A stretch of 64,000 bases of DNA from an uncultured delta proteobacterium. GTDB taxonomy: Bacteria; Myxococcota; Kuafuiibacteriia; Kuafuiibacteriales; Kuafuiibacteriaceae. The stretch is from assembly GCA_963803435.1 (NCBI GenBank), contig CAWDML010000008.1, positions 718,833-782,832 of the forward strand, read 5' to 3'. Shown in pieces: positions 51,796 to 62,383 of the stretch; the first letter of the stretch is position 1, and the number at the start of each line of letters is the position of its first letter. The notes beneath the pieces were generated by a model. That model was not told where the DNA came from. It saw only the letters and a program-made list of their open reading frames with translations, and searched no databases. The translations under genes and the position numbers were made by a program.

Positions 51796-52554
51796 AAGAC
51801 GGAGGTGGACGTGTACTGCTCGCTCTCGAAGCAGCAGGCGGCGCTCTACGAGGAGTCGGTGCGAGAGCTGGCCGAGATGCTCGCGGGCGCGGAAGGGATT
51901 GAGCGCCGCGGTCTCATCCTCGGCTTCCTCACCCGCTTCAAGCAGATCTGCAACCATCCCAGCCACTGGCTCGGCGACGGCGAGTTCGCTCCGAAGGAGA
52001 GCGGAAAATTCGTTCGCCTCAAGGCGCTCGCCGAGTCGTTCGCGGAGCGCCAGGAGAGGGCGCTGATCTTCACCCAGTATCGCGAGATGACCAGGCCCCT
52101 CGAGGCGTTCCTCGCCCGGTGTTGGGGACGGTCCGGCCTGGTGCTGCATGGTGGCACTCCGGTGAAGGAACGGGCCTCGCTCGTGGAGGCGTTTCAGAGC
52201 GACGACGGGCCGCCTTTCCTCGTCCTCTCGTTGAAGGCGGGCGGTATCGGGCTCAACCTCACCGGCGCCTCGCACGTGGTCCACTTCGATCGCTGGTGGA
52301 ACCCGGCGGTGGAGAACCAAGCGACGGATCGCGCCTATCGGATCGGGCAGCACAAGAACGTCTTGGTGCATCGCTTCATCTGCCGCGGCACGCTGGAGGA
52401 ACGGATCCACGGACTGATTGAAGCGAAGCGACATCTCGCCGAGGAAGTGCTCGGTACCGATGGTTCCAAGTCGCTCACCGAGATGAGCAACGAGGAGCTC
52501 CTGGACATGATCCGGCTCGACCTCGACGCCGCACTCGGCTCCGAGGAGATGTGA
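51796..52554 (+). pseudogene. SNF2-family helicase, C-terminal half (5' part lost at IS)
   Basis: KTEVDVYC, KQICNHP, SGK, LIFTQY, SLKAGGIGLNLT and WWNPAVENQATDRAYRIGQ motifs. Confidence 0.92.
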
Positions 52555-53608
52555 TGGCGAGGCGGAGGAAGAGATTGATCCTAAACGCGGCCGGCAAGCG
52601 CGCGGAGGCGGCCGAACGAATGCGGGCGTACTGGGCGACGGGCCGTTCCCCTGTGCGCCGCACGATGTATGGGGAGGACGAGCCAGCCCGCGTCGAGAGT
52701 TCGTGGCTCGCGAAGGGAGCGCGGCTGATCGGCGCGAGGATCGACCCACCGCAACCGGTGATCGCGAGCGGCCGAGCGCTGGCGAAGAGCACCTGGGGCC
52801 GCGCTTGGTGTGAGCACCTCGAAGGGTACAGCGACTTCTCGAACCGACTCCCCCGTGGACGGACGTACCTTCGTGGCGGTCGTGTGCGGCATCTGACCAT
52901 CGAGCCGGGGCTCATCCAGGCGGTCGTTCTGGGCAGCGACCTCTACGGCCAGAGCATCCGCATCGCGATGCTCGGCGACGAACGGAAGCGGTCCCTCGAG
53001 GAGCGTTGCGCAGGGACGATCGAGGCGGCCGTCGATTCTGATCTCCGGCCGCCTCCCGAAGCCAATGCTCGAGTCGCTCGCGGATCCGGGCTCGGGTCTG
53101 TTCCCGGATACGAAAGAGATCGATCTCGAGTGCAGTTGCCCCGACGCCGCGTACCTCTGCAAGCATCTGGCGGCGGTCCTCTACGGCGTCGGCGTGCGTC
53201 TCGACGATCGACCGGATCTGTTGTTCTCGCTCCGCGGGATAGACCCGGCCGATTCTGATCTCGTCGGTGCCGGCCGTGTTCACGTCGCGTCCTCCGCCGC
53301 CATCGCGCCGGCTCGCCGCCCGCGATCTGGGCTCGCTCTTCGACATCGAACTCGAGCACGGCGAAACGAACGTCCCCATGCGAGAAGGCCCCCAGGACGC
53401 GGATCATTCCGGGGGTCGGGATGGCGGAGGCCTAGGCTCGGATGAGCCTCTGCTCATCTCTCGGAAGGAGCTCATCGAGGTCGGCGTTCCGACGTCGCGC
53501 ATCCAACGCTGGCGCGAGGGCCAGCTGCTCCTCGCCACCGATCGCCGCGGCGTCTATGAGCTCACACCAGAAGCTTGGAACCACCTGGACCCCCTATTCG
53601 AAGTCTGA
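52551..53608 (+). CDS. SWIM zinc-finger protein, frameshifted twice
   Basis: WGRAWCEHLE, NRLPRGRTYLR and CSCPDAAYLCKHLAAVLYGVG across three frames; usual SNF2 partner. Confidence 0.85.
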
Positions 53609-53817
53609 CTGGGTCGTCTGCGCGGATCCCGTAGCTCTTCGTCGCCGCCTGACTCGACGCGCACTCCGAGCGGCAGTTGGATGAGTTTGGTTCCGATCTC
53701 GATGATTTGATTTGCGGCGTACGTGCCGGCCTATTCCGTCGGGTCGCCGCGAATTCCGGGCCTCATTGCAGTATGTGGCACGGCGGAATCTGCTCGCGCC
53801 GACCCGGGCCGATCCGG

Positions 53818-54384
53818 TCATCGCTCGAGATCGATGCCCTCATAGAGTTCCGCAAGCGGGACTTCCGCAGGAATGCTGTCGAGCGTTGCGATGGCATCCA
53901 GGCCGCGGACGAAGTCGACGTACCACCGATCGTCCTCGGCCCTGCGGTGAATTTCGAGTAGCGGGCTCTCTGGGTCGACGAGGACGATCTCCTTCAGCGA
54001 CGGGACGGTACGGTAGTCAGGAAGCTTGACGAAGCGATCCTTGTGCACGGTCGAGTCGGACAGGATCTCGACGATGAGGATCGGGTTGAGCGTCATCCTC
54101 TCGCCTCGTGCGTGAGGGGTGCAGGTGACCGCGAGATCGGGTTGATAGAGCGTGTCATCGGCCTCCATCGCGATGCCTGCTTCAGCGATGACGTGGCAGG
54201 GTCGTTTCAGCTGGCGGTCCAGGATGACCCCCAACTTCATCGCCAGCTGGCCATGGGCACGCGCTGGAGGTGCCATCGCGACGACCTCACCATGGCGAAG
54301 CTCGAATTTGCCCTCGTCTTGCTCCGACCAGCTCAGGAAATCCGCGATGGTCATGCGCTGCCGAGGCGACGCTACGTTGGCCAT
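53818..54384 (-). CDS. Uma2 family (PD-(D/E)XK) endonuclease
   Basis: FELRHGEVVAMAPP..AH, YQPDLAVTC, IVEILSDST and KLPDYR motifs. Confidence 0.9.
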   Translation of the reverse strand: MANVASPRQRMTIADFLSWSEQDEGKFELRHGEVVAMAPPARAHGQLAMKLGVILDRQLKRPCHVIAEAGIAMEADDTLYQPDLAVTCTPHARGERMTLNPILIVEILSDSTVHKDRFVKLPDYRTVPSLKEIVLVDPESPLLEIHRRAEDDRWYVDFVRGLDAIATLDSIPAEVPLAELYEGIDLER

Positions 54385-54486
54385 GCTTCGAAGATACACC
54401 AACGGACGCCCATGCCGCCCCGCGAATCGGTATCGCCGGGATTTTCGCCAAACAACAGGGGAGGTTGTTGCTCGTGGCTGCCACCC

Positions 54487-57150
54487 TTACGAACCGCACC
54501 TCTCGAGCTTCGAGTGTTCGATCAAGTCGGTCAGCGCAGTCTGGCGCCTTCTGGCGTCGGCGCGGTGGACTGCCATGGCGAGCGCTCTTCGAGTCCCTAC
54601 CAAGACCGCGAGCTTCTTCGCCCTTGTGAGCGCAGTGTAGATCAGGTTTCGGAAGAGCATGTTGAAGTGCTGCCCGAGCACCGGGATGATCACCGCCTCG
54701 AACTCGCTCCCCTGGCTCTTGTGGATGGTGATCGCGTAGGCGAGCGAGAGCTCCGAGAGCGCGTCCTTTTCGAAGACGACCCGCCGGTGGCCGCCACCGG
54801 AGAACGAGACTTCGCACGTCTTCTCTTCGGTGTTCACTTCGACCACGTGCCCGATGTCCCCGTTGAACACGCTGAGATCGTAGTTGTTCCGCGTCTGGAT
54901 GACGCGATCGCCGACGCGAAGGACCTTCTCGCCGATCTCGAGCTGTCGCTTCTCTCGCGACTCGGGGTTGGCGACTCGTTGCAGGTGTTGGTTCAGGGCG
55001 ATGGTGCCGAGCGTTCCGCGAACCTGGGGTGTGAGCACCTGAACCTCGCACCGTTCGCCGAGCCACCGAGGGATCGTCTCGAGACAGAGGCGAGCGACGG
55101 TCTCGGTGGCGGTCATGCCGCGATGGATCGATGACCACGGGTGGACGTTCTTCAGGACGTGAAGGAGCTCGTCGATCCTCGCCACCTCGCCTCCGCTCGC
55201 TTCGGCCATGGGCCTACGCTCGCCTTCGGCTCGCTGCGCGCTTCGCTTGCTCCCGCGCTCCGCCTGGACCAGCTTCGTGAGGTCGACGTGCCGGAGCTTC
55301 TCCGGGATGGTGAGGACGGGAGCCTTGACCGAAGCTTCATCGACCCCGTCCGGTCGATAGAGGAGGTCGACGTCGACTCCGGCGTCTTTCGCGCGGATGC
55401 GACCGATCGACTCCTCCTGCAGCTTGACCAGCGTCCCCTGCGCCGATGCTCTCGCCTGCTCGACCGCCGCACGAACGCGCTGGATGAAGTGGATCTGCTC
55501 CTTTGTCGCCTCGTCGGCGTCGACGAACAGGCAGTCGTGTCCCTCCGCGAAAGCGGACGGCCGAGCGATGGGGGAGACGATCCTCGGGACCGAGCCCCGG
55601 TTGATTTCGTGGGCGAAGCGGGTGATCGACGATGCCTCGGCTTGACGAAAGACCTTGGTCAAGCAAAAGCGCGGGATGGCCGCGGTACGAAGGACGTCCG
55701 CGAGCACGTCTCCGGCGCCTACGGCGGGAAGCTGATCCGGATCTCCGATGAAGAGGACCTGCGCGCCGCGTGGGACGGCGCGAAGGAGCGAGGCGGCGAG
55801 GCTGATGTCGAGCATCGAGGTCTCGTCCACGATGAGAAAGTCGCAGGTGAGAGGTCTCTGCTCGTCGTGCTGGAAAGCAGCCTTGGCCGGCATCCACCCG
55901 AGGAGCCGGTGAATCGTGCTTGCGTCGCTGCCGATCACCTCGCTCATGCGTTGAGCCGCACGTCCGGTGGGGGCAGCGAGAAGCACCCTCTTCCTCATCG
56001 CGACGAGGAGCTGAACCAGCACGCGGGTCGTGGTAGTCTTGCCGCATCCGGGGCCGCCGGTGAGGACCGCAAACGCGCTCGCCGCGATGCCGCGGACCGC
56101 ATCTCGCTGCTCGTCGCTGAGCGTGAGCTCGTGCTTCGCGCTGTAGCGCTCGATCCATGCGCCGACTCGCCGCGGGTCCACCGACACCCGCGCGGAAGTG
56201 AGCTCCAAGACGCGCTTCGCGGTGGTCATCTCGTCGAAGTAGAGGCCCCTCGAGTAGAAGCAACTCATCTCCCGGCCTTCCCTCTCCAGCGTGCGCACCT
56301 TGACCTCGTCGTTCGCGCAGAGGTCCGAGAGAACGGTCTTCACCCTCTCGGGTGCGATCGCCTCACGCAGCAGGTCGGGGATCGCCCGGATGATCTGCTC
56401 GTCGGTGAGGAAGCAGTGGCCAGCGTCCCGGCTGGCGGCGAGCACGTGCTTGATGCCTGACTCGAGGCGCGGAACTCCGTCTCGCTCGAAGCCCATGGCG
56501 GTGGCGATCCGATCGGCCGAGAAGAAGCCGATCCCGTAGATGTCGTGCGCCAGGCGGTATGGATTCTTCGACACGATGTCGATCGCTCGGTCGCCGTAGG
56601 TTTTGAAGATCTTGGTCGCGAACAGGGTACTGATGCCGTAGCCCTGGAGGAACATCATCACGTCGCGGATCGCGCGATGCTCGGTCCAGGATCTTCGGAT
56701 TGTCTCCAGCTTCTTCTCGGCGATGCCAGGGACCTCGAGGAGCTCCTCGAGCTGGCTCTCGAAGACGTCGAGCGTTCGACCTGCGAAATGGCGCACGATG
56801 CGCTTCGCGATCGCTGGACCGACTCCCTTGATCAGTCCCGAGCCGAGATACTTCTCGAGCGCGGCGGCGGTGGCCGGCTTCTTCTCGACCGCGCGAATGG
56901 CCTTGAACTGTTCACCGTGCGCCGGATGCTGGGAGAACGAGCCCCAGAACTCCATCGTGGCGCCCGCGAACACCTTCGCCTGATGGATCAGCACTGAAAC
57001 GAGCCGCCCCGGCTCCCGGAACGGCGCGACCTTCAGGACCGTCCAGCCGGTCTCCGGGTTGTGGAAGGTGATCCGCTCGACGATGCCGACGAGGCGCTCG
57101 AGCTCTGCCCCGGGTAAGAAGCGAGGATCCCGCGCTGCCGTCGTCGTCAT
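54487..57150 (-). CDS. recD2: ATP-dependent RecD2-like DNA helicase
   Basis: YLGSGLIKGVG, LTGGPGCGKTT, APTGRAA, VDETSM, GDPDQL, AITIHKSQGSEF and YTALTRAK motifs. Confidence 0.95.
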   Translation of the reverse strand: MTTTAARDPRFLPGAELERLVGIVERITFHNPETGWTVLKVAPFREPGRLVSVLIHQAKVFAGATMEFWGSFSQHPAHGEQFKAIRAVEKKPATAAALEKYLGSGLIKGVGPAIAKRIVRHFAGRTLDVFESQLEELLEVPGIAEKKLETIRRSWTEHRAIRDVMMFLQGYGISTLFATKIFKTYGDRAIDIVSKNPYRLAHDIYGIGFFSADRIATAMGFERDGVPRLESGIKHVLAASRDAGHCFLTDEQIIRAIPDLLREAIAPERVKTVLSDLCANDEVKVRTLEREGREMSCFYSRGLYFDEMTTAKRVLELTSARVSVDPRRVGAWIERYSAKHELTLSDEQRDAVRGIAASAFAVLTGGPGCGKTTTTRVLVQLLVAMRKRVLLAAPTGRAAQRMSEVIGSDASTIHRLLGWMPAKAAFQHDEQRPLTCDFLIVDETSMLDISLAASLLRAVPRGAQVLFIGDPDQLPAVGAGDVLADVLRTAAIPRFCLTKVFRQAEASSITRFAHEINRGSVPRIVSPIARPSAFAEGHDCLFVDADEATKEQIHFIQRVRAAVEQARASAQGTLVKLQEESIGRIRAKDAGVDVDLLYRPDGVDEASVKAPVLTIPEKLRHVDLTKLVQAERGSKRSAQRAEGERRPMAEASGGEVARIDELLHVLKNVHPWSSIHRGMTATETVARLCLETIPRWLGERCEVQVLTPQVRGTLGTIALNQHLQRVANPESREKRQLEIGEKVLRVGDRVIQTRNNYDLSVFNGDIGHVVEVNTEEKTCEVSFSGGGHRRVVFEKDALSELSLAYAITIHKSQGSEFEAVIIPVLGQHFNMLFRNLIYTALTRAKKLAVLVGTRRALAMAVHRADARRRQTALTDLIEHSKLERCGS
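55190..55255. repeat. REP-like palindromic segment in frame within recD2
   Basis: CGCTCGCTTCG-GCCATGGGCC-TACGCTCGCCTTCGGCTCGCTGCG-CGCTTCGCTTG; encodes low-complexity GSKRSAQRAEGERRPMAEASGG. Confidence 0.5.
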
Positions 57151-57299
57151 CGGCGTCGAGTAGTCGAGCCGTCGGCGCACCGTCAATGCGGGCGCGCTCT
57201 GCTTTCGTTCCGTAAGTCGACCAACTCGGCCATCTGTTGATGATTGCCGCGAACGTTCTATTCAATAGAGTTCGCGGGCGGATCCGCCGCTCACGAGGC

Positions 57300-57800
57300 A
57301 TGCGCCGCGCGCTCTCGCGAGTGCGGTCTCGAGACCGCGACCTCCGGAACGCCCATGAAGGCAGCGTTGGGCGCGTGGTTCGCGTACGCCTCGAAGAGAT
57401 ACTCGTTCCTGCATCGGGCACATGGACTTCATGACTCCTTGAGCGCGGCCATGCGACCGGCGACGGCATCTGCGCGCACCCGGTCCAGGTATTATCGCCA
57501 CGCCCGCGCATGAAATGGACTCGCGAGATAGGGAGAGGAGAAGACGCGTGTGGTCGTCGAGGGTCGGCGCCGAAGGCAGAAGCACCCGCGCGAACCAGAG
57601 CTCACCGGGTGCGCCTCGATGGCCGCTCGCGCAGATAGCCCTGTCGCGTACCTTCGCCGCGACACGACCCCTCTCCAACGTCGTGGTGGCGTACTTCAGC
57701 ATCGAAGCGCGGGCTGCCGGACGAGGATCGCAGGCGTCTCATCGCTTCCCCAAACTCGTGATCACGGCGTCGAGGTGATCGCGAGAACGATCGATCTCGA
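57300..57800 (-). pseudogene. Degraded hypothetical gene
   Basis: Fragments GELWFARVLLP and NEYLFEAYANHAPNAAFMGVP in different frames. Confidence 0.4.
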
Positions 57801-57930
57801 AGTCTATGGGAGTACAGCTTCCAATCGCTCCTTGAGGAGGACCACCCGCGTCTCTCGGTGGAGGGTGCAGGCGGGAAAGGACGTATCTACCCTTAAATAT
57901 CCTGTAACATACTGGAATATATCAATAAAA

Positions 57931-57951
57931 GTGGAGCCGGCGGGAATCGAA
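57931..57951 (-). other. tmRNA/tRNA 3'-end-like fragment, putative att site
   Basis: Reverse complement TTCGATTCCCGCCGGCTCCAC is a T-loop plus acceptor 3' strand; next to an AT-rich patch; no 5' half present. Confidence 0.6.
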
Positions 57952-57960
57952 GTCGTGGCT

Positions 57961-58074
57961 TCTCGCGCCCTCTCGTGGAGTCTCATGCCCTCTCGTACCC
58001 AACTGTGCCCGATGACTCGGGCGGGGAGGTGGAAGCTCGTACCCTCTCGTGCCCGGACGTGCCCTCTCGGTGGA
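57961..58074 (+). repeat. Degenerate 10-bp tandem repeats (consensus TCTCGTGCCC), two blocks
   Basis: Five units at 57961-58010 and four at 58035-58074. Confidence 0.75.
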
Positions 58075-58274
58075 TCATTGCAAACGATGCAAAAGCCGTC
58101 ATCAAGGAGGCGATCTCCGCAGTGCGGGACGGAGAGATGGAGCGCGCGGCCGCCCTTCTCGAGGGGCTCTTATCGCGTTGCGCCATTGATTCTACTGAGT
58201 AGATGACCGTGTCGCTTCGAACCCGGGTCGGATGCTCCGGATTGGAACTGTGCCCGTCGCTCGTCGACGCTCGC

Positions 58275-58865
58275 TCACATAGGCTTTGAGGATAGGAAGT
58301 CGTCGAGGGCCGCGTCGAGGTCTCGGCTCCGATGGAATCCTCGGCGAGTGATTTCTCCGAGGAGGTGCCTTGCCTCGGCGATGTCGGCGTCTGTTCCTTC
58401 GGCGGCCAGCGCCCGCAAGTCGTCCCAATCCTGGGGACGGCGTCGATTGTCGCGGGCGAGCACCTTGAGGGCGATGAGATGCGGGATACGCGCGACGGGA
58501 ATCTTCAAGCCGGGGAGGATCTCGAGCGTCTCGGCCTCTGTCACCGTCTCGGCCTCGATCCCGGAGGAGGCGAAGAGAAGGTCGACCACGATACCCGAAG
58601 CGGTCGAATGAAGGCGCGCGGTGGCCAACCGATTGGTCGCCGTCTGCTCGACGATCGCGTCGGCGGGAAAGCCGCGCGCGCGCAGATCGGAGACTAGGCT
58701 CTCGGCCTCATGGTCATCTTCGACGGCGACTGCGATGTCGATGTCGCGCGTGGTCCTCGGTTCGGCTCGCGCCGACACCGCGAGCCCGCCGACGAGAGCC
58801 CAAGAGACCCCGGCCGCATCGAGCTCGGTCGCTATCCGATGGATTGTCTCCTCCAGCGGATTCAA
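58275..58865 (-). CDS. Nucleotidyltransferase (AbiEii-like), putative toxin
   Basis: WALVGGLAVS, RTTRDIDIAV, VDLLFA, LIALKVLA and RPQDWDDL motifs. Confidence 0.85.
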   Translation of the reverse strand: MNPLEETIHRIATELDAAGVSWALVGGLAVSARAEPRTTRDIDIAVAVEDDHEAESLVSDLRARGFPADAIVEQTATNRLATARLHSTASGIVVDLLFASSGIEAETVTEAETLEILPGLKIPVARIPHLIALKVLARDNRRRPQDWDDLRALAAEGTDADIAEARHLLGEITRRGFHRSRDLDAALDDFLSSKPM

Positions 58866-59077
58866 CGGTCCCTCGGAAGCTCGCTCGGCGTGCCTTCGGC
58901 ATCACCGTACTCGGCCCCGGGTCGTCTCCGAAGCCACTCGTGAACCCAGGCCTCGATCTCCGCATCGGAAGCGGAAGGGTGCTTCCGGCGAAGGTTTTGG
59001 CGCATCATGCGGAGGGCGACATCGAACAAGGCGAGGGCGGTTCGAAAGCGTTCTCGAACCAGGGCGACGTCGCTCAC
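58862..59077 (-). CDS. Small partner protein, putative antitoxin
   Basis: 71 aa, MRQNLRRKHPSASDAEIEA; 4-bp overlap with the nucleotidyltransferase gene. Confidence 0.7.
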   Translation of the reverse strand: MSDVALVRERFRTALALFDVALRMMRQNLRRKHPSASDAEIEAWVHEWLRRRPGAEYGDAEGTPSELPRDR

Positions 59078-59155
59078 CGGACCATTCTACCACCGGACGC
59101 GCAAGGATTCGATCGGCGACTTGGGCGCTCGCGCCCGCCTGTCGACACGAGCGAC

Positions 59156-60558
59156 CTATCCGCGACGCGCGGAAGTGACGCGACGAGGCGGGCCGGAGAG
59201 CCAACCCATCTTTGCGGCTTCCGCGCGTGCGAACGCGACCGTGCGCATCTCCATCATCCGATCGTACCAGGCGCGGTCGTCGCTCCGATCGGTCCGCCAA
59301 CGCTGCTGAGCCTCCTCGAAACGCTCGATGAGTGCGTGCATCTCCTTGCTCGCGAGGGTCTTCTTGAAGAAGGCCTTTGCCTGCGGACGCCAGCGTCGGA
59401 GGAAGGGAGCGAGATCGCGGGAGAGGTGGACCCCGGTGTTGTGATCCTCGATTTCGTGCGCTCCAACCGGTTCCCTCCATCGACCGACGTTGAGGAGCAT
59501 CCTCGCCGTTCGTGGCCTTTCGATCGCCGCGCTCATGAAGTGGACCCGCGCTTCGTCTCGGTCCCCGTCCTCGAAGTAGGCGAAGGCGAGGGCGAAGTTT
59601 TGGTCGGAATAGAGGTTCTGGACGGACTTCGCTGCGGCGATCGCTGCCTCCCATCGGCCGCTGTTGAGGAGAATCGGCACGCGCTCCAGCGCCGCGTAGA
59701 CGTGCTGGCCGCACTCCTCCTCGAGCCGATCGCAGAGCTGGAGCGCTTCTTGGTGACGCTCGAGTCGGCCCAAGGTCTGAGCCTTGAGGATGATCGCGCG
59801 GATGTACGGCCTCGTGTCGTGATCGCTCCAATAGCTGCCTTTGGGGATCCGCTTCGCGAAGAGCGTCCGGCCCACACGGATCGCGTTGTCGAAGTGGTCG
59901 ATCGCTGCCTCCCAGCGCTCGCGCTTCATCTCCAGCGTACCGAGGTAGTTGATGCCCGCGGCGAAGTTCGGCCAACACTCGATCAGGAGTCGGGCGAGCG
60001 CTTCGGCTTCCTCGTGCTGCCCGCGGTCGAAAAGCACCCCCAGCTTCTCCCACGCCTCCGGAGGGACCTCGCGGCGATGCGAGGCGGCACGCCAGTAGAA
60101 GGGGTTGTCTCGGTTCCATTCGCTCTCTTCCTGATCACAGAGCGCGAGGCGAGCGTCGATCAGCTCGCGAAGATAGGCGAGCTCGTGGCGGTGTGCCTGG
60201 ATCAGGCGCGCCGACGAGATTAAGCGCTGCGGATCCTGGAGCAGGAGCTCGCGCGCGAGCTCGACGACGGCCGCCCGGAAGCCGCTCTCTGCACGCTCCT
60301 GCTTGAAGCTGTAGAGGTCGGGGAGGTGCGAGAGCTCGTCGCGGATCCCGCGGTCGATCTTTTTCCAGTCGAAACGCACTCCCGGGTTCTCGGACTCAAG
60401 GATCGGCGGAAGTGCTGCGCGCGGTCGCCGACGGCGGCGAGCGCCTCGGCCTTCGAGTACAGGGTGAAGAGCGTCTTCTGCTCGACCAGCTGGGTCTCGG
60501 GATTGCGCACGCCATGGACGACTGCGAGTTGGTTTCCTTTGCGCCGGACGTAGGCCAC
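59156..60558 (-). CDS. TPR-containing hypothetical protein, frameshift near 60405
   Basis: MAYVRRKGNQLAVVHGVR N-terminus continues in another frame into helical repeats (GINYLG..., WSDHDTRPYIRA). Confidence 0.65.
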
Positions 60559-60669
60559 GAGCCCCCTGTAGCCCGCGCGCCGATGTTGTGCAACATAAAT
60601 CAATGTGCACAACAGCTCGCCGGGTGAGCCTCAGCCTGACCGGGACGGCGTTGTCGCCGCTTCGAAACG

Positions 60670-61080
60670 TCACGTCCGAGAGACGACGCGAACCGCGGAC
60701 CCAGAGGCCGACTTCGTCACGAGAATCTTTTGCTCAAACTCGTCGCGGGGCTCGGGGATGTGGGTGATGATCCCGACCATGCGGCCTCCTGCGCGAAGGC
60801 TTTGAATCGTCTCGGATACAACCTGCAGGGTCTCCGGATTGAGGGTCCCGAAGCCCTCATCGATGAAGAGGCTCTCGAGGTGTACGGCACCGGAGGTGCG
60901 TTGCACCTGCTCGGACAGCTCGAGCGCCAGCGCGAGGGACGCGAGGAAGGACTCGCCGCCGCTGAGGGTACGGCTGCCCCTCATCTCACCGGCGTTCTCG
61001 TGATTGATGACCAGGATCTCCTCACCGTCGTAGTGAAGCGCGTACCTTTGTCGGGTCAGCTCGAGCAGGCGATGGGAGGA
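60670..61080 (-). pseudogene. sbcC: SbcC exonuclease C-terminal fragment
   Basis: RTLSGGESFLASLALAL, LFIDEGFGTL and VGIITH; rest of gene absent. Confidence 0.85.
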
Positions 61081-61136
61081 GCGGCAGTGGAACGGGCCTT
61101 GTGATGACGCTGGTGATGATGCGGAACGAGAACCGA

Positions 61137-61731
61137 ATGACGTCGCTGACGATCCGGGTGCCCCGGAGGATCAAGGAGCAGCTCCTCCACCGGGCGAGGG
61201 TCCAAGCGAGGCGGACGCGGCGGAGCGTGAAGATCAGCCAGGTCGCGCGGGACCTCCTCGGGCTCGCGCTCGAGGTCACCGAGGCGCCGGATACTGAGCT
61301 GGGTGGATTCATCCAGCGGGTGCAAGGATTGTCCGCCGAGGAAAAAGATTCCTGCAGCGCTCGACGAGCTCGCGGTCGATGGCGTGTTCGTCGAGCTGCA
61401 CGAGCATGCGGGGCGAGCGTTCAGCGCTGTGCTCAAGGCGTTCGGTTTCGGTCTCGAGGCGACAACCGCGCGGCCGCAGGCGTCCTTTCGACTCGTCGCA
61501 GGGGTAGTTGGGCTCGGGTTCGCGGAGCTCCTCCGGCGAGGAAGTCGGGGCCTGCTTCCCCGCGTCACTGGCTCCGATCATGGCGGGCAAAGCTGCGAAG
61601 CGCCCATCGAGCCCGAATGCGTGGACGTTGGCGCGAGCGAAAGTGGTGAACGCGCGCATTCGAGGAACCGAGCGGACACGGACGTCGACGGACCGGATTG
61701 GCTGCAGTCCGCTCCTGGGCTCGGCGAGTGA
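61137..61731 (+). CDS. Ribbon-helix-helix-like DNA-binding protein, frameshift in A run near 61345
   Basis: MTSLTIRVPRRIKEQL...ISQVARDLL RHH pattern; continues in another frame. Confidence 0.5.
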
Positions 61732-61745
61732 ACACGACCGCCGGC

Positions 61746-62083
61746 ATGAGAATCCAAACACTCGGCCGACTCTTCAAACATCTGCCGGCGATCCTGATCG
61801 CCCAACGCTCGGCGCCGCGTGCGGCGGAGGCGACGACTCGAGCGGCGACGCACCGATGGACTACGTCGCGGAGACCGCGCCGATCGAGGGCGGCTACTGC
61901 CAAGGCGACGCGATGGCCTTCTGCGATGAGATTGAGCTCGAGGTCTGCGAGGCGGCAGGATGCCGCGTCTACGACGAGCGTGGCTCCGCGATCTGCTTCG
62001 GCGAGGTGCCGAGACCGTGTCCCGCACTCGAGGAGCAGGCGGTTTGCGCGGGCGTGCCCGGCTGCAAGTGGGTGGAGGATTGA
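61746..62083 (+). CDS. Cys-rich lipoprotein, frameshifted in signal region
   Basis: LGAACGGGDD lipobox; C...CEAAGC...CAGVPGCKW repeat. Confidence 0.55.
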
Positions 62084-62218
62084 GGGTGAAGATGGCGGTT
62101 GCCCTCACGCGTGTTTGACACGCCTTCGAGGCCAACCGCGTCTGGAGCCGTGCCGCTCCTGTTTTCTGCGGATCCCGTTGACCGCGATCTCCACCCATCA
62201 AACCGATTCGGCTGCCGC

Positions 62219-62383
62219 CTAGTCGAGCTCCGCCTTGATCCCTATCTTCTGCTCCCCACTCCCGCCTTCGATCTCGCCGCGAAATCTGCGTTTTGCCTTG
62301 ATCGCGAGCCTGAACAGGTAGGTCCCACACGCGATGGCGAACGTGAGGACCCCACCGAGTACAGCAAGAGTTGGAAAATCCAT
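62219..62383 (-). CDS. 54-aa single-TM protein
   Basis: AGGAGG RBS; MDFPTLAVLGGVLTFAIACGTYLFRLAIKAKRR... Confidence 0.5.
   Translation of the reverse strand: MDFPTLAVLGGVLTFAIACGTYLFRLAIKAKRRFRGEIEGGSGEQKIGIKAELD

Noticed and set aside
51439-52749. 436-aa minus ORF apparently extending the four-helix-bundle protein
   Set aside because: The extension is antisense SNF2 read through the IS end; copy 1 shows the true start is ATG 51720.
57880-57951. Complete tRNA or tmRNA gene
   Set aside because: Only a 21-nt 3' fragment is present; the adjacent sequence gives no cloverleaf.
57961-58074. CRISPR array
   Set aside because: Units are 10 bp, adjacent and degenerate, with no spacers or cas genes.
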